A stretch of 62,065 bases of DNA from an uncultured Campylobacterales bacterium (GTDB lineage: Bacteria; Campylobacterota; Campylobacteria; Campylobacterales; CAZCQG01). The notes below the pieces were generated by a model, which ran no database searches, was not told the origin of the DNA, and saw only the letters and a list, made by a program, of their open reading frames with translations. The stretch is from positions 12,853-74,917 of the forward strand of contig CAZCQG010000005.1 of the NCBI GenBank assembly GCA_964500775.1, read 5' to 3'. Every line of letters starts with the position of its first letter. Within the stretch, counting starts at the first letter, position 1. The position numbers were made by a program, and so were the translations under genes. Below, in pieces: positions 10,311 through 18,941 of the stretch.

Positions 10311-11210
10311 TTATGACATTTTATAACATTTTAGTAATTTCTCCAAGACAAAAACACTGATACTGTTTCCTGATAGTTTCCATTTTTGTTTGAGCGGAAT
10401 CTCATCAGGAAAAGAGAATGCTTTATTAAATCCCAACATACGCACTATCTCTTCGGGCGAAAAGCGGCGCACTCGCCCTTCGTCTTGCAGGAAAGCCCCT
10501 GAATGCATATATGACTTGTAGTATCCCGAACAAAAGCACGTCGTATATGTCTCTCGCTCTGCGGCATCCAAGATTCGCATCCCGCTTCGGTATTTTCGTA
10601 ACACCGATTCATCGACATAGAGCGCTTCTCCATAACGATCCAAAGCATCCTTATCGATGAAATCTTCTAAAACGCGACTATAAGATTCTAACCGCGGGGG
10701 TTGCAAAGGGTATTTAGAGGCGAGTAAATAGTAGCGCTCCCGTCTGCTCGGAATCCCAAACGTAGTGGGACACAAGAGATGCTCTTGAAAAACATATCTC
10801 CGTTTTTCAAGCATTTTCAAAAATACTTCCCGAGCGTTAGAATCTGCAAATCCTTTGACGTTTTCTAATCCGATATGGTCGGGGAAATCGTCTGAATCTA
10901 AAGATTCCAAAACGGTGATGATTTGAAGCAAAGAGTTTGCCCTTTGATCTCCCAAATCTTTGCGATTTCCTTTTTCGCTATAAGGCTGACACGGCGGGGA
11001 GAGCCACAGGAAATCCACGTGTTTGCCGCTAAAAAAACTTGTGTTAAATTTTTCGAGGTTATATCTGATGCAGTTGTGATTCGGGAAGTTGTGCTTATAT
11101 GTCGCGATTGCATTTGGGTTTTGTTCAAGTGCGGTGATGCGGCACTCTGCGATATTTGCAAGAGCGTGTGCGAATCCACCTATGCCGCTGTATAGCTCTA
11201 GTGCGTACAT
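10311..11210 (-). CDS. C5 cytosine methyltransferase, Dnmt2/TRDMT1-like
   Basis: LELYSGIGG (motif I), SPPCQP (IV), ENVKGF (VI), GIPSRRERYY (VIII), CFCSGY resembling the Dnmt2 CFTxxY motif, RRFSPEEIVRMLGF and LSGNS (IX/X). Confidence 0.85.
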   Translation of the reverse strand: MYALELYSGIGGFAHALANIAECRITALEQNPNAIATYKHNFPNHNCIRYNLEKFNTSFFSGKHVDFLWLSPPCQPYSEKGNRKDLGDQRANSLLQIITVLESLDSDDFPDHIGLENVKGFADSNAREVFLKMLEKRRYVFQEHLLCPTTFGIPSRRERYYLLASKYPLQPPRLESYSRVLEDFIDKDALDRYGEALYVDESVLRKYRSGMRILDAAERETYTTCFCSGYYKSYMHSGAFLQDEGRVRRFSPEEIVRMLGFNKAFSFPDEIPLKQKWKLSGNSISVFVLEKLLKCYKMS

Positions 11211-11274
11211 AAAAAGAATTTAATCAGAAGGAACTTTCGTATAAAATTTTAAGGAAAGAGGGGGAGGAGAGGGC

Positions 11275-11613
<339 letters not shown>

Positions 11614-11623
11614 CTATAATCTC

Positions 11624-12889
11624 CTACTTCTTATTTGAAAATTCAGGATAAGCTTCAAGACCCGTTTCGTGTAGATCAAGACCGTCGTATTCTTCTTGCT
11701 CGCTTACTCTGATACCCATTGTGACTTTAAGAATATACCATACAATGAATGAAGAAACAAAGACAAAAACACCGACGGCGATAATTCCTTTGATTTGCGA
11801 AAGCAAACTTACGTCAGGATTAAAGATACCTACAGCTAGCGTACCCCAAATACCTGCAACCAAGTGAACCGACAATGCACCGACAGGATCATCGATTTTG
11901 AGTTTGTCAAAGAACGGAACGGCGAGCACGATAAGAATACCTGCAACTACCGCATCTATAGCAGCTACGCCCATACCGAGATCAGGACCCGCAGTTACCG
12001 CTACTAGACCTGCCAGAGCACCGTTTAGCACCATTGTGAGGTCGACTTTTTTGTATATGAGCTGCGTAAGCACCGCTGCGGTTATCGCACCGACTGCCGC
12101 TGCCATATTTGTAGCCGCAACAACCGCCGAAAACGCCGTCGCATCGTCTCTGCTTCCAAGTGCAAGCTGTGAACCGCCATTGAATCCAAACCATCCGAGC
12201 CATAGTATAAACGTCCCTAGTGTAGCTAAAGGTAAGTTTGATCCGGGGATTGGTTTTACTTTACCATCAGGTCCGTATTTTCCTTTTCTAGCACCCAAAA
12301 GAAGCACGCCGGCTAATGCCGCCCATCCGCCTACGGAGTGAACTATAGTAGATCCTGCAAAATCGCTAAAACCTTCCATAAAACCGCCTAGCTCGCTACC
12401 GCCCCAGCTCCAGTGACCTTGGATAGGATAAATGATACCCGAAAGTACAACGGTAAAAATCAAGAACGGCCACATTTTCATTCTCTCTGCCACCGTACCC
12501 GAAATAATCGAAGCCGCAGTCGCTACGAAAACCACTTGAAAGAAAAAGTCGGACATTTTACTATAAGACGCGCCATCATCTGTAGCCTGCGCTAAGATGC
12601 CGATACTTCCCATAAAAGAGCCGCCTTCACCATACATAAGGTTATAGCCCACTACAAAATACATTACGCATGAAATAGCGTATAGCAAAATGTTTTTGCT
12701 AAGAATTACTGCGTTGTTTTTCGTCCTAGTGAGACCCGATTCTAGCATCGCAAAGCCTGCCGCCATCCACATAACCAGTGCACCCATCATCACGAATAAA
12801 AACGTGTCAAGGATGTACTTCACATCGGTAAAATTACCGAGTATAACACTTCCGTCCTCTGCTAAAAGCTGGATTGATGAAACATCCAT
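11624..12889 (-). CDS. amtB: Ammonium transporter
   Basis: DFAGSTIVHSVGG and DDPVGALSVH twin-His motifs, WFGFNGGS; RBS AAGGAG upstream. Confidence 0.96.
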   Translation of the reverse strand: MDVSSIQLLAEDGSVILGNFTDVKYILDTFLFVMMGALVMWMAAGFAMLESGLTRTKNNAVILSKNILLYAISCVMYFVVGYNLMYGEGGSFMGSIGILAQATDDGASYSKMSDFFFQVVFVATAASIISGTVAERMKMWPFLIFTVVLSGIIYPIQGHWSWGGSELGGFMEGFSDFAGSTIVHSVGGWAALAGVLLLGARKGKYGPDGKVKPIPGSNLPLATLGTFILWLGWFGFNGGSQLALGSRDDATAFSAVVAATNMAAAVGAITAAVLTQLIYKKVDLTMVLNGALAGLVAVTAGPDLGMGVAAIDAVVAGILIVLAVPFFDKLKIDDPVGALSVHLVAGIWGTLAVGIFNPDVSLLSQIKGIIAVGVFVFVSSFIVWYILKVTMGIRVSEQEEYDGLDLHETGLEAYPEFSNKK

Positions 12890-12929
12890 CTATTGCTCCT
12901 TGTGTAGTAATAAGTTTTTGAACAGGAAA

Positions 12930-12938
12930 AGTATAGCA
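12930..12938 (-). promoter_or_regulatory. Extended -10 element for amtB
   Basis: TGCTATACT (TGnTATAcT) on the minus strand about 40 nt upstream of the amtB start. Confidence 0.5.
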
Positions 12939-13016
12939 ATGAAAAAGATTATAAATATTCAGTTTTATGGTTATTTTTTATACACAATTGTAATCTATGA
13001 AGTTTTTGTATATTTC

Positions 13017-13045
13017 TTGACAAGTAGAGGGAGATTATGTATAAT
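13017..13045 (+). promoter_or_regulatory. Consensus sigma70 promoter of tRNA-Ser
   Basis: TTGACA (13017-13022), 17 nt spacer, TATAAT (13040-13045), 16 nt before the tRNA. Confidence 0.85.
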
Positions 13046-13061
13046 TCCACCTCTTTTTAAT

Positions 13062-13149
13062 CGGGAGATGGCTGAGCGGTCGAAAGCGGCGGTCTTGAAA
13101 ACCGTTGATGGGCAACTATCCTGGGGTTCGAATCCCTATCTCCCGGCCA
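13062..13149 (+). tRNA. tRNA-Ser (anticodon TGA)
   Basis: Acceptor stem CGGGAGA/TCTCCCG, anticodon loop CT-TGA-AA, long variable arm, GGTTCGAATCC T-arm, encoded CCA. Confidence 0.97.
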
Positions 13150-13307
13150 CCTAGTAATCCTCGAAAATTTTAAATTCTACCTACACATATTTCATTTACT
13201 ACGATTTGGTACTGCCTTTGCAATATAAACATTAAAAAGTAGTGCATATTTATTTCTTTAAGTTTTATAGATATAAAATATTCGATATTTTACTTAAGGA
13301 GTTTTCT

Positions 13308-13562
13308 ATGAAAAAGATTTTTTTAGTAGTTTTATTGTTGTGCGGTAGTCTCTTTGCACTCGTAGACATCAATAGTGCCTCCAAAGATGAGCTAATGAGC
13401 ATAAAAGGGATAGGTGACAAAACAGCCGATCTCATCATAAAACAGAGAGATCAAAAATGTTTTGATAGTGTGGATGAGCTGACAAACATCAAAGGAATCG
13501 GCGCTAAAAAAGTGGAAGGTTTCAAAGAAGTTTTAGAAGCAAAGCCTTGCGATAAAAAATAG
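13308..13562 (+). CDS. comEA: ComEA-like helix-hairpin-helix DNA-binding protein
   Basis: Signal peptide followed by VDINSASKDELMSIKGIG..A..II...F.SVDEL..IKGIG; RBS AAGGAG; start moved from 13242 to 13308. Confidence 0.88.
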   Translation: MKKIFLVVLLLCGSLFALVDINSASKDELMSIKGIGDKTADLIIKQRDQKCFDSVDELTNIKGIGAKKVEGFKEVLEAKPCDKK

Positions 13563-13565
13563 TAC

Positions 13566-13588
13566 TTGCTAGCCTTTTTGGCTAGCAA
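13566..13588. terminator. Hairpin terminator after comEA
   Basis: TTGCTAGCC-TTTTT-GGCTAGCAA perfect 9 bp stem. Confidence 0.65.
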
Positions 13589-13652
13589 TGAAAATCTTAT
13601 TCACTAAAGTATCCCTGCTATATATCCTTTAATTCTGCAACAAACGGTGCCC

Positions 13653-13787
13653 CTATCGAGGCTCCAAATATGACATATAGTATATTTGCATAAATCTTGT
13701 TACTTGTTCAAATCGTTTATCCATTTGCTCTAGGATGATTTTAATATCATCTTTTGTGGCAGGTTTGTTTGCATAGGGATCAAAATA
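13653..13787 (-). pseudogene. Fragment of a coiled-coil DKRFEQV-type (DUF1640-like) protein
   Basis: Start-less frame YFDPYANKPATKDDIKIILEQMDKRFEQVTRFMQ..., bounded by TAA upstream. Confidence 0.45.
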
Positions 13788-13861
13788 TTATCTTTGCGTA
13801 AAATATATCACAATAAAGAAGGATTATATCGAAGAAATGAGGGAAAAATCAAGAAAAAGTA

Positions 13862-13890
13862 TTTCACAAGAGGAGAAGCCTCTTGTGAAA
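13862..13890 (-). terminator. Rho-independent terminator of the porin gene
   Basis: 12 bp stem TTTCACAAGAGG/CCTCTTGTGAAA followed by a T-rich tract on the minus strand, 11 nt after the stop. Confidence 0.85.
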
Positions 13891-13901
13891 AGAAGAAGAG
13901 A

Positions 13902-15338
13902 TTAGAAGCTATATTTAACTTCTACTCTGAATTCGCTTACATCGTAGTCAAGGTTTGAATTAGCACCTACTGCAGAGTTAGCGTTTGTATCTACATCTAC
14001 TGAACAATCAGCATAGTAAGAAGAGAATGTCCAGTTTTTGTTGTGCTTATATGTAGCTCTCAATGTCCATTCGTTAGCTTCTACATTTCTAACTACGTTT
14101 GTAGTGTTGTTACCGTCAAGGTCGTTTTCCATTTTTGTATACTCAAGACCAAGTGAAAGACCAGCTACTGCAGGTACTTCTGTGTCAAATTTTGCATACA
14201 TTGTCGTTACTTCATCAACAAAAACGTCTGTGTATGAAGTATGTCCGTAGTTGATTACACCGTAGTTGTTAAGAACTGCAACAGCCATGTTAGCTTTAGC
14301 AAGTTCACCGGCACCGAAATACGCACCGTTATCTTCAAGAGCAAGGAAAGATACTGGGATAGAATCTTGTACTTTTCCAGATGAAGCTTCTGTTACGCTT
14401 CCACCGATTTGGTTAAGATAATCAGCAACACCTTTGTCTGCTTCAGCTTTTGTATAACCGAGTGTCAAAGAGAATATGTCATAACCAACTGTTCCTTGAA
14501 CACCCCAGAAATCTGAATCAACACCGAATACAGGAACTTGACCTGTAGCAGTTACACCGTCGTTTGTAACGTTGTCATCAACTGAAGTTGAAGCATATTG
14601 TACGCCAAGACCTAATTTGATGCCATCTACTGTGTGACCCAAATCAACTTGAGCAAATACGTTGCTAGCTGAGTTAGCTATGTCATGATACCAAACTTGT
14701 GCAGTTACAGGCTCATAGTTTACGATAGCAGCAAGTGCCAATACGTCGTTTGCACCAACGGCTTGACCGCTTGAAAGGTTTGTATCATCGTATTGTAGTG
14801 AAGCAGCAGGTGTAAGATCACCGTCTGTTACTAGCTCTGTAAGATAAACAGCAACAAGTGTTGTGTTAGGTAGATCAGCATTGATTGCCCATAGACCGTT
14901 AGCTTTCATATCGTCAGTAAGAACTGAACCGATTGTTTTTTTACCGAGTATAGCTGTAGTTTTTGTGCTCTCAGGCGCATAAACCATATACATTTCTTGT
15001 ACGTTGAACGCTGTTGCGTTTGTAGCTGTAGTACCGTCCGCAGCTTGGTTAGCTTCGTTAGCGTTATCATCAGTATCTTTGTATGTTACATTCAATACGC
15101 CTTGTAGGTTATCGGCCATAGGTGTTTTAAGTGTAAGACCTGATTTGAACTCTTGTGCTCTGCTATCTGTGCTAGATGTACTTGAGTTAAGCTCTGTGCT
15201 TGTATCTGTCCATCTATATCTCATATAACCAGATGCGTCAACACCCTTGATAGCCTCTTCTAGGGGTTGTGCAAAAGACGCTGTAGAAAGCGAACCAAGA
15301 GCGATAACCGCTGCTAGACTGATTTTTCCTAATTTCAT
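13902..15338 (-). CDS. porA: Major outer membrane porin (Campylobacter MOMP-like)
   Basis: MKLGKISLAA...PLEEAIKGVDASGYMRYR resembles the MOMP N-terminus; C-terminal FRVEVKYSF; strong codon bias. Confidence 0.85.
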   Translation of the reverse strand: MKLGKISLAAVIALGSLSTASFAQPLEEAIKGVDASGYMRYRWTDTSTELNSSTSSTDSRAQEFKSGLTLKTPMADNLQGVLNVTYKDTDDNANEANQAADGTTATNATAFNVQEMYMVYAPESTKTTAILGKKTIGSVLTDDMKANGLWAINADLPNTTLVAVYLTELVTDGDLTPAASLQYDDTNLSSGQAVGANDVLALAAIVNYEPVTAQVWYHDIANSASNVFAQVDLGHTVDGIKLGLGVQYASTSVDDNVTNDGVTATGQVPVFGVDSDFWGVQGTVGYDIFSLTLGYTKAEADKGVADYLNQIGGSVTEASSGKVQDSIPVSFLALEDNGAYFGAGELAKANMAVAVLNNYGVINYGHTSYTDVFVDEVTTMYAKFDTEVPAVAGLSLGLEYTKMENDLDGNNTTNVVRNVEANEWTLRATYKHNKNWTFSSYYADCSVDVDTNANSAVGANSNLDYDVSEFRVEVKYSF

Positions 15339-15552
15339 CCATTCTCCTTTTGTGTTTTTGAAATTAATTCAACGCAAAAATTCTACACAAAAAAAATATA
15401 AAATACAATACTAAAATGGGTGATTTAGGGGAAAAAGCGTAATTATTTCGTGATAATCACGTATTTGGGTGCGAAAGTTCTAAGAGTATTATCGGCAAAA
15501 ATCGTAAATGGGTAGTAAATATCTTTTAAGTATCTTTGTTATCATTGCTTTT

Positions 15553-16518
15553 ATGAAAAACATACTTAGTAAACTCTTCTATCTCTTTTTTATGCTTATG
15601 CTTATCTCGGCGATCTCGTTTTTAGCTATAAAACTAGCACCGAGTAGTTTTTTCGCCAGCGGGGAGCTCAATCCAAATATCACCGTAGAGGCAATAGAGC
15701 AACAAAGAGCCGTATATGGCTTGAACAAACCATTGAGTGCGCAATATGTCGCTTGGCTAGAGGCTTTTACTCGGTTTGATTTTGGGATTAGTTTCACTAG
15801 CGGTAGAAAAGTGAGCGAAGAGATAGCCGAACGCCTCCCTATTACATTGATGCTCAATCTTGTCAGCATGGCGTTTATTTTCCTTTTTTCCTTATATATG
15901 GGAATCAAAGCGGCGCTCTCTTACGGCGGAGGGTTTGATGGCTTTGCGAAAAAATTCTCCCTCCTCTCGTTTGCACTGCCTAGCTTTTATCTCGCGATAC
16001 TTTTGGTACAGCTCCTCTCTTTACAGCTTGGACTTTTTCCCATCAGCGGTGTAGAAAGCGTGGAAAAAAAGGAGGGGTTTTCACATATTTTGGATGTAGC
16101 GTGGCATCTCTCTTTACCCATATTTGTTATGGTATTCGGTGGAATAGGGAGTTTGGCGATGTATATCCGTTCGCTCACGCTAGAGATACTCAAAAGTGAC
16201 TACGTTTTCTATGCGAAAAGTCGCGGAATCGGCGGTTTTAAACTACTTAGAAGATATATTTTGCCAAATCTCTATCCGCCTATCATAACGATGCTCGGAC
16301 TTTCACTACCCGGGATACTCGGCGGGAGTGTGATACTCGAATCATTATTCGGGATAGAAGGGATGGGACTACTCTTTTATCAGAGTGCCCTCTCAAGAGA
16401 CTATCCCGTGATAATGGGGATACTCATCATCGGGGCATTTTTGACGTTATTGGGAAATATGCTTGCGGATTTGGCGCTACTCAAGATAAATCCGTTTTTC
16501 AAAAAGGGGAGAGGTTAA
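15553..16518 (+). CDS. Peptide/nickel ABC transporter permease (DppB/OppB family)
   Basis: YGLNKPL..QY..W, DFGISF, RLPITL, EAA-like loop KSDYVFYAKSRG, GSVILESLFGIEGMG..SRDYPVIMG; start uncertain (15508 or 15553). Confidence 0.9.
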   Translation: MKNILSKLFYLFFMLMLISAISFLAIKLAPSSFFASGELNPNITVEAIEQQRAVYGLNKPLSAQYVAWLEAFTRFDFGISFTSGRKVSEEIAERLPITLMLNLVSMAFIFLFSLYMGIKAALSYGGGFDGFAKKFSLLSFALPSFYLAILLVQLLSLQLGLFPISGVESVEKKEGFSHILDVAWHLSLPIFVMVFGGIGSLAMYIRSLTLEILKSDYVFYAKSRGIGGFKLLRRYILPNLYPPIITMLGLSLPGILGGSVILESLFGIEGMGLLFYQSALSRDYPVIMGILIIGAFLTLLGNMLADLALLKINPFFKKGRG

Positions 16519-17636
16519 TCCTTAAATAACTTCATCAGCGAACTCAAGTCTTTTTTCTCTTCGCCGCTCTCTTTTGTGCTATCACCCTCTTTTGTGATTC
16601 CTTCTACTTCTATGAGCTCTATCTCAAACCCCGTGAGCATTGAAGCGAGACGGATATTGATGCCGTTCTTGCCGATGGCTTTTGGCTTTTGATCGCTAGA
16701 AATAGTCACGATTGCTTTTTCATCTTCTATTTTGACGCTTTTTATGAGTGCGGGAGAGAGCGCTCTATGGACAAACATCTCCGGAATCGGTGAATACTCG
16801 ATACAATCGATGCTCTCGTTTTTGAGTTCTTTGCTTACGGCGTTGATTCTCACCCCTTTGACACCGACGGTCGCACCGACGGGATCGATTTTTGGGCTTT
16901 GGCTAGTCACGGCGACTTTTGCCCGCTCACCGGGGATCCTCGCGCATCGCTCGATGATGACGTCACCGTCTTTGATCTCGGGAGATTCGAGATGCAAAAG
17001 CTCTTCGAGATATTTTGGGGTAGTTCGGCTTAGCTCTATGAATATCCCGTGTTTTTTGTCGATGCGTACGCTTTTGAGCACCGCGCGCACCACTTCGCCG
17101 ACTTTGAATTTCTCCCCTTTGATTCTATTCTTTTTAGGCATTATCGCGCGCACTTCGTCTATCTCGACATATGTATTTTCTTCGTTATCCACGCGGACGA
17201 CGCTTCCGTTGATGATCTTGCCGATGCGCGCTTTAAATTTGTCAAAGAGTTGGTCTTCGATGACCCTTTGGATATGAAATTCTAGCTCTTTATGGAGCAT
17301 ATTTGCGGCAGTTCGGCTCATATTATCGAGGCTTAGTTCGTATTTGAGCTCGTCGCCTATCTCCGCTTCCGCGCCTACTTCTTGGGCTTCTTTGATCGAT
17401 ATATAGTTTTCGGGGTCGCTTTGTAAACGCTCGTCATCTTCGCTTACTACGCGTATAGTTTGAAAGAGTTTGAGCGATTTTGCTTTTTCGTCAAATTCGA
17501 CTTCGTAGTTGAGATTGCTATCAAGTGTTTTCTTTGCGGTTTTTATGACCGCATTTTTGATCGCCTCTTTGACTTTGTCTATCTTCAAATCTTTTTCATA
17601 CGCCAATAAATCTACGATGTCGAGTATCTTTTCCAA
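16515..17636 (-). CDS. nusA: Transcription termination/antitermination factor NusA
   Basis: S1 and KH domains: ELSRTTP, ARIPGERAKVAV, DPVGATVGVKGVRI, AIGKNGINIRLAS. Confidence 0.97.
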   Translation of the reverse strand: MEKILDIVDLLAYEKDLKIDKVKEAIKNAVIKTAKKTLDSNLNYEVEFDEKAKSLKLFQTIRVVSEDDERLQSDPENYISIKEAQEVGAEAEIGDELKYELSLDNMSRTAANMLHKELEFHIQRVIEDQLFDKFKARIGKIINGSVVRVDNEENTYVEIDEVRAIMPKKNRIKGEKFKVGEVVRAVLKSVRIDKKHGIFIELSRTTPKYLEELLHLESPEIKDGDVIIERCARIPGERAKVAVTSQSPKIDPVGATVGVKGVRINAVSKELKNESIDCIEYSPIPEMFVHRALSPALIKSVKIEDEKAIVTISSDQKPKAIGKNGINIRLASMLTGFEIELIEVEGITKEGDSTKESGEEKKDLSSLMKLFKD

Positions 17637-17689
17637 TGATTTTCCTTAAAAATTTTCGGGGATTTTCGGCTATTTTACCGCAAAGGGAC

Positions 17690-18436
17690 TTAAAGGATAT
17701 TGTGCCACTGGGCAATGCTGACCCGCAAGCCGCTCGTGACGCTTTTGACGCTATGAGAAAAATAGGGATTGCTAAAAAATGAAACAAGCTCGCCGCTTTG
17801 CGGTCGTAATTTTATCGGGTGCATCTCTGCATCAAACAGAAAATCAAAGCTCAAATCGCCGCCGTTAAATTCAAACTCCCCTTTTGGATTCCTCATATAG
17901 CTACTCAAAAAAAGTACGGTCGTGAGCTTTCTATGCAACGCAACGGGTTTGAATCCTACGAGACGTTTTTGCTTGTCGATGATCTCGCTGCAGTTATCGG
18001 AGTGGCGAATATAAAAGCACCCTTTATAATACAACAGAATCTGCGGCGTACCCGAACCTATGATACTGACGTTGAAGTAGCGCTCAATCGCACTTTTTTG
18101 AGGCTGCATCAAGGTATTATACGAATCTAAAAACGAATCATCGGGGAGGATATTATAAGTATTTCGTATCGCCGTATCTTTTTTTGGGATAATAAGCCCC
18201 TCATCACTTGAGATAATCCCTATCTTATTACCGTCCTCTTTATGAGAATCAACATACTCTTGCAACACCGAGACGTTTTCGATCTTTCCCCGATAAAACG
18301 GATACTCCAAATACGGACTAGGTAATAGTTTCATCTCCGTAGGGACGAGAGATTCTAGCCATGTGAGCGGCATATAGGTTTTTTCGCTCACTTGGGTGAG
18401 GAGCCTGTTTTTGGAGGGTTTGAAAGGTTTGCTCAT
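17690..18436 (-). CDS. 2OG-Fe(II) dioxygenase (prolyl-4-hydroxylase-like)
   Basis: HSD (HxD), RKLTTVLFLS, FNGGDL, distal H in FSHSVKSV, R in GLRVSIAQW. Confidence 0.8.
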   Translation of the reverse strand: MSKPFKPSKNRLLTQVSEKTYMPLTWLESLVPTEMKLLPSPYLEYPFYRGKIENVSVLQEYVDSHKEDGNKIGIISSDEGLIIPKKDTAIRNTYNILPDDSFLDSYNTLMQPQKSAIERYFNVSIIGSGTPQILLYYKGCFYIRHSDNCSEIIDKQKRLVGFKPVALHRKLTTVLFLSSYMRNPKGEFEFNGGDLSFDFLFDAEMHPIKLRPQSGELVSFFSNPYFSHSVKSVTSGLRVSIAQWHNIL

Positions 18437-18501
18437 AGGGCGCCTTTAAAAATAGTGCGCCATTTTACACTATTCACGGGCAAAAATGTTATACTTTAGG
18501 G

Positions 18502-18747
18502 ATGAACGATTATATTTTTTCAAAACACGCACAAGATGTAATGCAACACAGAGGACTTAGTGAAACCTTACTCCTTCAGTGCGTGCGTGCTCCCGATAGT
18601 ATGGTTGCCGTAAGTGAAACGGAGGTGCATTATTTTAAGTTTATCGGCGGTGAGAAAAAATGTTTAAAAGTCGTAATTAATCAACAAACAAAAGTGATTG
18701 TTACGGCGTATTTTGATAGAAATGCCAATAAAAGAGGGTGCAAATGA
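18502..18747 (+). CDS. DUF4258 family putative toxin
   Basis: FSKHAQDVMQHRGL...LKVV....VIVTAYF; coupled to a DUF2283 gene; TGTTATACT extended -10 upstream. Confidence 0.75.
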   Translation: MNDYIFSKHAQDVMQHRGLSETLLLQCVRAPDSMVAVSETEVHYFKFIGGEKKCLKVVINQQTKVIVTAYFDRNANKRGCK

Positions 18748-18941
18748 AAATAAAATACGATGACACGACCGATGGGATTTTTTTCATAATCAAAGAGGGC
18801 GAATACTTTGAAAGCGAAGAGATAGAGCAAGGGGTCATCATCGATTATGACAAAGATGAAAATATCCTTGCAGTAGAGATACTCGACTTTAAAAACAGAA
18901 AAAACGAGGTGGAGCTGCCGCTAAAGATAATAGCGGCTTAA
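18738..18941 (+). CDS. DUF2283 family putative antitoxin
   Basis: MKIKYD..TDGIFF...GVIIDYDKDENILAVEILD pattern. Confidence 0.8.
   Translation: MQMKIKYDDTTDGIFFIIKEGEYFESEEIEQGVIIDYDKDENILAVEILDFKNRKNEVELPLKIIAA

Noticed and set aside
10311-11210. Reading the methyltransferase as part of a type II restriction-modification system
   Set aside because: No endonuclease, Vsr or controller gene adjacent, and the motif details fit the Dnmt2 family better
13902-15338. Distinct base and codon usage of the porin as a sign of horizontal transfer
   Set aside because: The bias (GCT/GCA, GTT/GTA, ACT/ACA) is what a very highly expressed native gene shows, and the protein is lineage-typical
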